Part shown: piece after piece, positions 1 to 8,852 of the stretch
Layout: the number at the start of each line of letters is the position of its first letter
Position numbering within the stretch: position 1 is the stretch's first letter
From: an uncultured Gemmatimonadales bacterium
GTDB lineage: Bacteria > Gemmatimonadota > Gemmatimonadetes > Longimicrobiales > RSA9
Reading direction: 5' to 3'
DNA length: 64,000 nucleotides
Assembly: GCA_963798085.1 (NCBI GenBank)
Contig: CAWCRS010000008.1
Location: 384,001-448,000, forward strand
Position numbers and translations under genes: made by a program
Notes under the pieces: generated by a model
What the model was told of the DNA's origin: nothing
The model's input: the letters and a program-made list of their open reading frames with translations, nothing else
Databases searched by the model: none

Positions 1-1
1 G

Positions 2-862
2 GCGGGCGGCGCCGCCATCGCGCTCGCCACCGCCGGCTCACAACACGTCGCGCTCGCCGCCATCATTGGCTTCATCGTGGGCGGCGTCTTCGCCGTTGCG
101 CTGTACGACGTCGTTGTCATCACGGCGATGGCGGTGAACGGCGCACAGCTGATCTTCCAGGCCATCTATGTGCCGTTCCAGACCTGGAACGGGTCGCCGC
201 GCACAGTCGCTACCAGGATGCTGGAGATCTACGCGGATCGCATCACGGCGCTTGCCGTGACGACCCTTCTGTTCGTGGGCTTCGCCGTGTGGTATCAGAA
301 GAGCCTGCGCCGCCGTGCGCTGGCACAGGATCCCGCCGCCCTCGCCACACGCCGCATTGCCGTGCGCCTCGCCATGCTGATCATCGGCGCCTTCGCGCTG
401 ACATCGGTCCTCATGGTGAACGGCACCTGGTCGCTTTCCAGCTTCGAGCTGATCGGCATGCACGCGCTCAGCTGGCCGCTCGTTTGCCTCGCCGCGGCCG
501 CGTTCACCCGCTTTCCCCTGCCCCGGGCCACGAACATGGCAGGCGACCTGCTGCGTCCGCGTTACCGGCGCCAGCGCCGGTGGCTGGGTGTGGCCGCGTT
601 CGGCGCTACCGTTCCACCGCTGATCACCTGCGCACTGTTCGTGCTGTACGGCAGCAGCTGGCAAACACTGCGCCTGTATTACGCAGGCTTCCTGAGTGGC
701 TCGCCACTCGAGCTGTTGCTCAAGTGGACCTGCGCCCTGGCCATCACGCCCATGCTGCTGGCCGGTGCCGCACCTGCGTTCGTGGCGCAGCCCGCGCCGC
801 TGGCGGCACCGCCCGCGCCACCGCCGCCCGCACCCGCGCCACTGGTTGCGGAGGCTGTGTAA
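2..862 (+). CDS. Multi-pass membrane protein of unknown function, 5'-partial
   Basis: Frame is open from the window edge to TAA at 860-862; several hydrophobic helices and a Pro/Ala-rich tail. Confidence 0.65.
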   Translation, partial: AGGAAIALATAGSQHVALAAIIGFIVGGVFAVALYDVVVITAMAVNGAQLIFQAIYVPFQTWNGSPRTVATRMLEIYADRITALAVTTLLFVGFAVWYQKSLRRRALAQDPAALATRRIAVRLAMLIIGAFALTSVLMVNGTWSLSSFELIGMHALSWPLVCLAAAAFTRFPLPRATNMAGDLLRPRYRRQRRWLGVAAFGATVPPLITCALFVLYGSSWQTLRLYYAGFLSGSPLELLLKWTCALAITPMLLAGAAPAFVAQPAPLAAPPAPPPPAPAPLVAEAV

Positions 863-866
863 TGAA

Positions 867-909
867 CTGTCAGGGGTCCGCCGGCACACGACCAGCGGAC
901 CCCTGACAG
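867..909. terminator. Hairpin between convergent genes, probable bidirectional terminator
   Basis: 15-bp perfect inverted repeat CTGTCAGGGGTCCGC / GCGGACCCCTGACAG. Confidence 0.65.
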
Positions 910-928
910 GCTGCAGGACCGCGAACGC

Positions 929-3604
929 CTACTCGATACTCAGCGCCCGCACCGGATCGATCACCGCCGCCCGCCGCGCCGGTACCACGCAGGCCAGCGT
1001 TGCCACCAGCAGCACCAGCGCGCTCACCGCCAGATAGACGTACACGTCGATGCTGGCCACGTTGAACAGCTGCGACTTGATCACGCTGTTCGTGGCCAGT
1101 GCGCCGCCCACGCCCAGCGCTACGCCCACCAGCGCCAGCGTGCCGCCTCGCCACGCCACCTGCAGCGCCACGCGCATGGCGCGCGCGCCCAGCGCCATGC
1201 GCACGCCGATCTCGCGCGTCTGCCGCTCCACGGAATAGGCCAGCACGCCGTAGATGCCCACACAGGCGAGCAGCAGCGCCGTGCCCGCGAATACGCCAAT
1301 GAGCGTCAGCTGGAAGCGGCGGCCCGCCAGTGCGGAATCCACGATCTCGGCCATCGGCTGTACCCGCACCATGGCCACGGCCGGATCGATGTCGTGCGCC
1401 GCCCGGCGCAGCAGATCGGCCACCACGCTCACAGGCTGCGGTGAGCGCACCATCAGGTTGCCGGCGGACGCCGAGGGGAAATACATGGTGGGCCGCGGCA
1501 CCTGGTCCGGACCGAAATCGCGCACGTCATCCACGACGCCGATCACTTCGCACTCCGCGGGCCAGGTGCCCGACAGCTTCCAGCCCATGGGCGAGTCATC
1601 CCCGAAGAGCTGGTGCGCGAGTGTGCGGTTGATCACCACCTGTCTGCTGTTCGCATCCCGCGTTTCCGCCTCCGTGAAGCTGCGTCCGCTCAGCAGCTTC
1701 ATGCCCATCGTGTGGAAGTACGCAGCCGTTACGTTTCTCGCCTCCACGAAGGATGCCTTCGCGTCCCGGCCCAGCACGCCGATCTCCGTGTAGTTGTTGC
1801 CGAACTCGCGCACCGGCACCATGCTCGACATGGCGGAGGACGTGATCTGGCCGTTTGCCGAAAGCGCCGTCATGAGCTGATCCTGGAACGCCTGCACCTG
1901 CGCATTGTCGGGATAGCGGGACGCCGGGAACCAGAAGTTAGCCGCCAGCAGGTGCTCGGGATCGAAGCCCAGGTCGGAGCCCACCGCGGCCGCATAACTC
2001 TTGAGCAGCAGGCCCGCGCCCGTGACCAGCATGATGGCCAGCGCCACCTCGGCCACCACGAGTGCGCGGCCCACGCGCGAGAGACGCGCCGTGCCGCCCC
2101 GACCGCCTTCGCGCAGCACGTCGAAGTTGGGACGGCCGCGCAGCGCGGGCGCGAGGCCCACGAGCACGCCTGTCGCCAGCGAAGCGAGCAGCGTGAAGCC
2201 GAGCACCGGCGCATTGATGCCCACTGCGGAAGAGCGCGGCACCGAGTTCGCGAACGTGGCTTTCAGCACGTGCACGCCCGCCCACGCCACGGCCACGCCC
2301 GCAGCACCGCCCAGTACTGCCGTGATCACGCCTTCTGTGAGGAACTGTCGCGCCAGCTGCCAGCGGCCCGCGCCCAGCGCAGTGCGCACGCCCACCTCAC
2401 GCTGGCGGCGTTCGCTGCGCACCAGCAGCAGGTTGGTCACATTGGCGCACGCTATGAGCAGCACAAAGAGCGCCGACACCGCGAGGATCATGAGCGGCTT
2501 GCGCGTCGCCTGCGTCGAGATGTCGCGCAGCGTGCGCGCCGAGAAGCTGGTGTTCTCGTTGCCTTTCGGGAACTGATCGCGCAGCGGTATCCACGCGGAC
2601 TTCAGTTCGGCGGCTGCGGTCGTGACATCGGCACGCGGCGCCAGTCGCGCGTACATGCGGATGTAGTTCTGCCCGCGCGCCGCGCGCTGCTGTTCGGTAA
2701 AGCGCAGCGGCACCCACACGACCGAGCCGAGGAAGCTGAACTCGCGCGGCATGACACCGATCACCGTCGTCGGCTCGTCATTCAGGCGAAAGTCCCTGCC
2801 CACGGCGCTCGGGTCGCCACCCAGCTGTGTGCGCCAGAAACCGTCGCTCACGATCGCCACCGCGGGCGCACCCTGCTGCCCATCGGCCGCGCTGAAGCCA
2901 CGGCCACGCGCCGGCGCCACGCCCAGCATGTCCAGCAAACCCGTGGTTACCGCGGCGCCCGCGAAGCGCGCCGCATCACCCTGTCCGGACAGCACAAACG
3001 ACTGCGTCGCCACACCCTCGAGCGGCGACAGCGAATGCGCCCGCTCGCGCATGTCGTAGAAGTTGCCCGGCGAGAGCGGCAGCAGCGCACCCGCGATGCT
3101 GGGATGCGTGCGACCCACCATCACCACCCGATCCGCATCGCGGTAGGGGAGGGGCGCGAACAGCGCGCCGTAGAGCACGCTGAATACCGCCGTGTTCATG
3201 CCGATGCCCAGCGCCAGCGTGGCGATCACCACCACCGTGAAAGACGGGTGGCGGCGCAGGAAGCGCAGGCCGAAGCGCACATCCTCGAAGAGTCGCTGCA
3301 TGAATCCTCCGTGCCTTGTCGGGCGACCCGCCCGTTCCACGTATCCGTCGAAAACCGGCGCCGGCGCTCTGTCCATGCGCTCGCGCAGCGCCGCCACCGC
3401 CAGACTCCACGACGTGCGCAGCAGGAACAGCACTGCCGCGCCACGACCGGCCTGCCGGACTTCCACCCACCGCTCCGCGAACGTCTCCCCCATCTCGGCG
3501 CCGTAGCGCTCGCGGAAGGCGGCCGGATACAGCCCTAACATGAGTGTTATAAGGCGGCGCGCCGCCGCGGGCGGCCTGGCACCGCGCTCGCCGGCTGGCC
3601 GCAT
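929..3604 (-). CDS. ADOP-family duplicated ABC permease (MacB/FtsX-like)
   Basis: LYPAAFRERYGAEM prefix, [60 protein letters not shown]. Confidence 0.93.
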   Translation of the reverse strand: MRPAGERGARPPAAARRLITLMLGLYPAAFRERYGAEMGETFAERWVEVRQAGRGAAVLFLLRTSWSLAVAALRERMDRAPAPVFDGYVERAGRPTRHGGFMQRLFEDVRFGLRFLRRHPSFTVVVIATLALGIGMNTAVFSVLYGALFAPLPYRDADRVVMVGRTHPSIAGALLPLSPGNFYDMRERAHSLSPLEGVATQSFVLSGQGDAARFAGAAVTTGLLDMLGVAPARGRGFSAADGQQGAPAVAIVSDGFWRTQLGGDPSAVGRDFRLNDEPTTVIGVMPREFSFLGSVVWVPLRFTEQQRAARGQNYIRMYARLAPRADVTTAAAELKSAWIPLRDQFPKGNENTSFSARTLRDISTQATRKPLMILAVSALFVLLIACANVTNLLLVRSERRQREVGVRTALGAGRWQLARQFLTEGVITAVLGGAAGVAVAWAGVHVLKATFANSVPRSSAVGINAPVLGFTLLASLATGVLVGLAPALRGRPNFDVLREGGRGGTARLSRVGRALVVAEVALAIMLVTGAGLLLKSYAAAVGSDLGFDPEHLLAANFWFPASRYPDNAQVQAFQDQLMTALSANGQITSSAMSSMVPVREFGNNYTEIGVLGRDAKASFVEARNVTAAYFHTMGMKLLSGRSFTEAETRDANSRQVVINRTLAHQLFGDDSPMGWKLSGTWPAECEVIGVVDDVRDFGPDQVPRPTMYFPSASAGNLMVRSPQPVSVVADLLRRAAHDIDPAVAMVRVQPMAEIVDSALAGRRFQLTLIGVFAGTALLLACVGIYGVLAYSVERQTREIGVRMALGARAMRVALQVAWRGGTLALVGVALGVGGALATNSVIKSQLFNVASIDVYVYLAVSALVLLVATLACVVPARRAAVIDPVRALSIE

Positions 3605-3975
3605 CAGCGCGCCTCGCGCGGCTGCATGGGCCGCTGCCCCGCCAGCTCCAGCACCGCCCGCAGCCGCTCCAGCTCCGCCGTCACCACCGCCCGGCCCAGC
3701 GCCGTAATGCGATAGAACCGGCGGTCCCGACCCGGCGCCGGCCCGTCATCCGTCGCCCTCGCCTCCTCCATCAGCCCGTCCCGCTCCAGCCGGTGCACCA
3801 CCCGGTACAGCGAGCCCAGCTCCACACGCAGCGCACCGCCCGACTGCTCCTCCACCGCCTTCATCAGCGCGTAGCCGTGCAGCGGCGCCCGCGAAACGGC
3901 CAGCAGCAGCTGCAGGTCGGCGGGCGCCAGCGGCAGGAACGCGCGCGGGTCGGGCTGCTTTTTCCTGGCAGTCAC
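3604..3975 (-). CDS. PadR-family transcriptional regulator
   Basis: LHGYAL...GSLYRVVHRLERDGL...RRFYRITALG; translationally coupled to the permease. Confidence 0.93.
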   Translation of the reverse strand: MTARKKQPDPRAFLPLAPADLQLLLAVSRAPLHGYALMKAVEEQSGGALRVELGSLYRVVHRLERDGLMEEARATDDGPAPGRDRRFYRITALGRAVVTAELERLRAVLELAGQRPMQPREAR

Positions 3976-4179
3976 GGTCGTCTCTCCTTATCTGGTCGCT
4001 GCATATATGTAGCAAGATAATATAGGACCGACAACCGGGCTGGGGCGAACCGCGCGACGACGCCCGCGACTGGCGTGATTTTCCCTTCGGGCGCGTGAGT
4101 TTTCCCCCGACATGCGGAATCCGGCGAAGCCACAGATTCCTTCCGGGGAGGGCAGTTCCGGGTGCTGCAGGAGGCGCAT

Positions 4180-4866
4180 ATGAAACGCGAATGGACCGTG
4201 CTGGCTGCGGCCTTCGTGGCCGTTGCCGGGTGTCGATCGACGGGCCGCCTGGCGAACTACGAGTTCCCGGGCCGCACGCTGGCCGTGGCGTACGTCAATT
4301 CACCGGGGCCGCGCGTGCTGACCGGCCCGTACTTCCTGGACCGCGGACATGGGCATGACCCTGTGCACGCGGTACTGAAGGTGGGTGCGCGCGTGGTGAA
4401 GGAGATTCAGGCCGCGGAGGTGCGGGCGCGGCTGGACAGCGCGACGCACCAGGTGGATGTGGGCGGACGCATGGCCGATCGCACGCTGCAGCGTGCGGCG
4501 CGCTGGCTGCGCGCGCGGCCCGTGGAGCGCGAAGCCGATGCGGACTTCATCGTCGAAGTCAGGTTGCGCGACTACGGCATTGACGCCAAGGACTGGGACG
4601 CGGCGGCGCACTTCTTCGTCGACGCGGAAGTCTCGCTGATCGATGGAGGGCGCGGCACCGAGGTCTGGCACTCGCACGTGCGCGCCCGCGATCCGATTGC
4701 GCCGGCCATCTTCGGGCCCGGCACGATCGTGCGTGATGTGGTCACGGCCAGCGCACTGGGCAGTCTCGAGGTCGATGAGATTGCCTGTGCGCTCGAGCGT
4801 TTGAGCGACTTTGCGGCGGATCGCATCACGGATCGGCTGCGCGACGCACTGGCGCGCGTCCGCTAG
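4180..4866 (+). CDS. Lipoprotein of unknown function
   Basis: AGGAGG RBS, then MKREWTVLAAAFVAVAGC with lipobox. Confidence 0.7.
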   Translation: MKREWTVLAAAFVAVAGCRSTGRLANYEFPGRTLAVAYVNSPGPRVLTGPYFLDRGHGHDPVHAVLKVGARVVKEIQAAEVRARLDSATHQVDVGGRMADRTLQRAARWLRARPVEREADADFIVEVRLRDYGIDAKDWDAAAHFFVDAEVSLIDGGRGTEVWHSHVRARDPIAPAIFGPGTIVRDVVTASALGSLEVDEIACALERLSDFAADRITDRLRDALARVR

Positions 4867-5032
4867 CAGCCGGCGCCACTGATTCTTCCCGCCGCGGCCT
4901 GCCTGTCCGGCCGCGGCGCTGGCTGCGGCCACTCCTCCGAGATGGCCGGCGGGATGCAGCTCTCGGTCTGGCGCTGTGACGCGCTGTGCAGCTACATCGC
5001 CTCAGCGGTGCGCCGCCGCGAGATCGCGGTGC

Positions 5033-5064
5033 CGAAAACTCTCGCGCGCGCCCGTCCAATCCCT
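5033..5064 (+). promoter_or_regulatory. Putative ECF promoter upstream of the peptidase-emfourin operon
   Basis: CGAAAA-N14-CGTCCAATCCCT; 13 nt (CCGTCCAATCCCT) identical to 7843-7855. Confidence 0.5.
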
Positions 5065-5102
5065 TGTTCCATAATCCGCCACTCGAGGCCGAGAGGAATC
5101 TC

Positions 5103-6473
5103 ATGGACGCCATTCCTGTCAACTTCGTTCCCACCCCAACGAACAGTTATCGCAGTCATCGCAAGCTGATGCAGGCGACGGCCCAGCCGGGCCGGCCGAT
5201 TCTGCCCACGACGAAACCGCTGGCACCGCCCGTGCGCGGGCCACGCGCGCTCATCTGGAAGCAGGACCCGTCCGTCGCAGACATCGGCATCCGCAAGGTG
5301 TTTCTGCCCAACCTGTGCCTCGCCGGCCCGCGCGATGCGCGCATCATGAGCCAGGGGCTGCCCACCGTGAGTCCCAATGCAGACGGTGACTTCATCCAGA
5401 CGCCCGACACGGACGCTTTCAATGCAGTGCACACGTTCGCCGTGGTGCGCATGACACTGAATCTGGCGCAGCGGGCGCTGGCGGCGTTGAAGCATCCCAT
5501 GCCCTGGCAGTGGAGCACGCCGCAGGATGTTTCGCCGCTGCAGGTGTTCCCACACGGTCTGCCCGGCACCATGAACGCCTTCTATTCGCGGAATCAGCGT
5601 GCGCTCCGCTTCGGTGATTTCGACATGCCCGGCAGCAGGCCGCTGCAGCGCGTGTTCACCTGTCGCTCGTTCGACATCGTTTCGCACGAAACCGGGCACG
5701 CCATCCTGGACGGGCTCAAGCCGCAATGGCTGGACAACGGCAATCCCCCGCAGACAGGCGGCCTGCACGAGTCCTTCGGCGATCTGACTGCGATCTTCCT
5801 CACGCTCTCGCAGATGGACCAGGTGGAAGCGATCATCGCCTACACCAAGGCCGACCTCCACGCCAAGACGTTCCTGGCCGACATTGCCGAGCAGTTCGGC
5901 CTGGCGCTGGGCCGGCCCAACGGACTGCGCAACGCGGACAACGATCTGAAGCTGAGCGAAACCGGCACGGAGGTGCACGCCATCTCGCAGGTGTTCACCG
6001 GCGCTGTCTACGATGTGATGGCAGACATCTTCGATCACGAGTGCAGCATCAGCCGGGACGCCAAGGATCCGGCGCAGGTGCTCTTCGAGACCGCACGTTA
6101 TGTCTACAGCCTGCTGCTCCAGGGCATACTCGCCTCACCCGACCAGGGCGCGACCTTCGCCGACGTGGCGCGCGCCATGATCGATCACCTCACGGGCAAG
6201 GACAAGAAGCACGCGACCTATCGCGATTACATCTGGAAGCACTTCGCGGTGCGTGAGGTACTTTCCACCCAGGAGGCCAAACCGGGCATGCGCGCACCTG
6301 CTCGCCTCACCGCCGGCGTGCAGGACGCGGAAGACGCGGAACAGGATCGTCGCACATGCTGTGGCACCATGCGCCTCGGAGAATACCACGACGAGGAGAA
6401 GGCGCTGGCCGATGAAGCGAGACGATTCGCCGCCGCGCTGGGCGAGTTGCAGAGCAACGGGAACGGCCGTTAA
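5103..6473 (+). CDS. Thermolysin-like (M4/M36 gluzincin) zinc metalloprotease, no signal peptide
   Basis: NAFY, HETGH (HExxH), GGLHESFGD (third ligand, cf. thermolysin GAINEAISD), EVHAISQV; GAGAGG RBS before ATG 5103. Confidence 0.85.
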   Translation: MDAIPVNFVPTPTNSYRSHRKLMQATAQPGRPILPTTKPLAPPVRGPRALIWKQDPSVADIGIRKVFLPNLCLAGPRDARIMSQGLPTVSPNADGDFIQTPDTDAFNAVHTFAVVRMTLNLAQRALAALKHPMPWQWSTPQDVSPLQVFPHGLPGTMNAFYSRNQRALRFGDFDMPGSRPLQRVFTCRSFDIVSHETGHAILDGLKPQWLDNGNPPQTGGLHESFGDLTAIFLTLSQMDQVEAIIAYTKADLHAKTFLADIAEQFGLALGRPNGLRNADNDLKLSETGTEVHAISQVFTGAVYDVMADIFDHECSISRDAKDPAQVLFETARYVYSLLLQGILASPDQGATFADVARAMIDHLTGKDKKHATYRDYIWKHFAVREVLSTQEAKPGMRAPARLTAGVQDAEDAEQDRRTCCGTMRLGEYHDEEKALADEARRFAAALGELQSNGNGR

Positions 6474-6482
6474 GCTCCTGTC

Positions 6483-6779
6483 ATGAAACTGAACATTACG
6501 CAGTCGGGCGGGTTCGCCGGAATCACCGCGCCGCTGCTGGCGATCGATGGCGAGGCCCTCGACCCGGCACGCGCGCGCCAGCTGGAAGCACTCGTGCAGC
6601 AGGCGGATCTCGAGCAGCTCGCGGCGGCATCGTCGCAAACGAGGGGTGCGGACCTGTTGCACTACGCACTGGACATCGACACCCCCGAGGGCCACCGCCG
6701 CTTCCAGATCAGCGATGATGGCGGCCCGAATGCGGCCCGCTTCCACGCGTTTCTCGATCAGCTGAAGCGACTGCTCTGA
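6483..6779 (+). CDS. Emfourin (protealysin inhibitor, M4in)-like protein
   Basis: 98 aa, N-terminal QSGGFAGI, GADLLHYALDI motif, directly downstream of an M4-like protease. Confidence 0.85.
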   Translation: MKLNITQSGGFAGITAPLLAIDGEALDPARARQLEALVQQADLEQLAAASSQTRGADLLHYALDIDTPEGHRRFQISDDGGPNAARFHAFLDQLKRLL

Positions 6780-7014
6780 CTGCTAACAGCCTTACGTACA
6801 TGTGCGGACCGGTGCGCATCCGCTCGCCGGTCCGCACCTTTCGTTGTGCCCGCCCCGGCGGCCCTGTAAGTTGTGCGCGTTTCCGAGAATGACCCGACGC
6901 GGCAAACGAGGGGCTGCTACCCGGTAGCAGCAGCCCCGCACTACTGACGCGGGGGAGCTCCTGTCGAAAACCCGCTTGCGGGCGAAAAAACCGTCGTCGC
7001 TGACAGCGTTCGAG

Positions 7015-7821
7015 ATGCATCTGGAACCAGAGGCAGAAGGCATCGGACCGGACAGCTCGGAAGCAGGCGCACGACTCCTCGCCCATCTGGAGGACATCGA
7101 CAGCATCGCGGCCGCCATTGCGCGCCGTCATGCCCTCCGTCGTGAAGAGGCCGAGGAATTCACTTCCGCCGTGCATCTGAAGCTGACGCAGGATGATTGC
7201 GCCGTACTGCGCAAGTTCGAGCAGCGCGCGGCGCTGCGCACGTATCTCACCGCCGTCATCACCAACGTCTTCCGCGACTATCGCAATCAGCGCTGGGGTC
7301 GCTGGCGCAATTCCGTGGCGGCTCGCCGCAGGGGTCCGCTGGCGATGCGGCTCGAGACGCTGCTCTATCGCGACAGCTACACGCTGGCGCAGGCCGCGGA
7401 AATCCTGCGTGGAACGGAACTCAATGTGCCCGGCGATGCCGACCTCGCGCGGCTCGCTGCGATCTTGCCCGAGCGGCCCGGCACGTACGAAGTAGGCGAC
7501 AGCGCACTCGGCGGCGCCGTCGCACCGCAGGCTTCCGATGACGGTCTCTGGCTCACGGAGGCGGAGCGCGTGCAATCGGCGACCGAGCACGCGGTGGCAC
7601 GCGCTCTTGCCGCGCTGCCACATGAAGACCAGCTGATCGTGCGCATGCAGTATTTCGACAACATGACGGTAGCCGACATCGCGCGCACGCTGCACCTCGA
7701 CCAGAAGCCACTGTATCGCCGTTGTGAAGCGATCCGGCGTCAGGTACGCCGCGAGCTGGAGGCGCAGGGCCTCGGGGCGGACGTGGTGGCGAGGTATTTC
7801 GGCGACGAAGGGATGGCCTGA
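7015..7821 (+). CDS. ECF sigma-70 factor with long sigma2-sigma4 linker
   Basis: EAEEFTSAVHLKL, LRTYLTAVITNVFRDYR (sigma2); LAALPHEDQLIVRMQYFDNMTVADIARTL (sigma4). Confidence 0.88.
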   Translation: MHLEPEAEGIGPDSSEAGARLLAHLEDIDSIAAAIARRHALRREEAEEFTSAVHLKLTQDDCAVLRKFEQRAALRTYLTAVITNVFRDYRNQRWGRWRNSVAARRRGPLAMRLETLLYRDSYTLAQAAEILRGTELNVPGDADLARLAAILPERPGTYEVGDSALGGAVAPQASDDGLWLTEAERVQSATEHAVARALAALPHEDQLIVRMQYFDNMTVADIARTLHLDQKPLYRRCEAIRRQVRRELEAQGLGADVVARYFGDEGMA

Positions 7822-7822
7822 T

Positions 7823-7855
7823 GGAATTGTCACAGGCGATGGCCGTCCAATCCCT
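7823..7855 (+). promoter_or_regulatory. Putative ECF promoter upstream of the anti-sigma/CHAT genes
   Basis: GGAATT-N15-CGTCCAATCCCT, matching the ECF GGAAn...CGTC pattern. Confidence 0.55.
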
Positions 7856-7909
7856 CATGGAGTCCGCGCCGTGGGCTCCACCCGCAACCCCGGGCGCGGG
7901 AGAGGCCCT

Positions 7910-8852
7910 GTGAGCAGACCGAATAGACAGACTGTCGATCCGAATCGGCTGGCGGCTTTCCTCGACGGAACGCTGAGCGAGCTCGAACGGCAGGAGGTGA
8001 TGGCGGTCCTGGCCAGCTCGCCTGACGCCTACGAGCAGTTCGTGGAAACGGCGGCCGTGCTGAAGGACCTCGCCGCGACGCAGCCCGCGCCATCGCCTCT
8101 GCCGCGTCCGCGGCCGGTGTTCTCCAGAATGCCACGCTGGGCGCCCGTCCTGCTGGCGGCGACGCTCGCGGGCATTTTCTTCTGGGCGAGGTCGCTGCGC
8201 ACGCGGGCGGCGCCGGACACGGCCGCGCTGCTGGCGCTGGCGCCGGCACTCGGGCCCGCGAGCGGCAGTGGCAGTCTGCGTGCTCGCCTGGGCAATGACT
8301 GGGGAGCGCCGGGCTGGTCGGTGAATCGCGGTGCAGGCGACAACCTGAACCCGGATCAGCGCGCGTTCCGGCTGGGCGCGCGCGTGGCCGATCTCGAGAT
8401 CGCGGCGCGCATCGCGGATCCCGAGGCGATTCGCATTGCGGGCGCCGAGTTGCAGTCACTGGCACGCGCGGAAGTGGCCGGCTCGGTCATCGCCGAGCGC
8501 TACACAGCCATCATCGCGGGCAGCGCCTCGGCCGCTCCCGCCGCTGCGGCCGAGCGCGCCCGTGCGGCCGCGGATCTGCACAGCCTGCTGCAGAACTCAC
8601 CCTGGTTCGACCTCGGCATCTCGGATCGAGCACGCAAGGCTCGCCCTGCTCGCGGACGATCGCGTGTTCTTCGACGCGGGCGCGCCGCAGAACACGCTGC
8701 GGGCGCTGGAGAAGCAGGCGGGCAAGGCAGGTGCTAAGATAGCCCGCAATGTGCGGGCCTTCCTGGAAACGACACGCCTCGGCGGCGCCGCGGCGGAGCA
8801 CGACGCTCTGCGCGACCGCCTCGACGCCATCATCCTCGCCGCGGCGGGCTGA
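7910..8852 (+). CDS. Putative single-pass anti-sigma factor (degenerate zf-HC2-like N-terminus); frameshift near 8621
   Basis: DPNRLAAFLDGTLSELERQEVMAVLASSPDAY, TM WAPVLLAATLAGIFFW; ...WFDLGI continues in the alternative frame as IEHARLALLA...AAAG*. Confidence 0.7.

Noticed and set aside
1613..3538. Long antisense ORFs (e.g. 641 aa here; also 14481-16577, 38996-40861, 58287-60251)
   Set aside because: Shadow ORFs of real genes in high-GC DNA; Arg/Ala/His-rich with no motifs
3990..4030. Shared PadR operator (TATGTAG at ~4006 and ~62076)
   Set aside because: Only a 7-nt match in AT-rich promoter DNA and not seen at the other PadR genes; insufficient support
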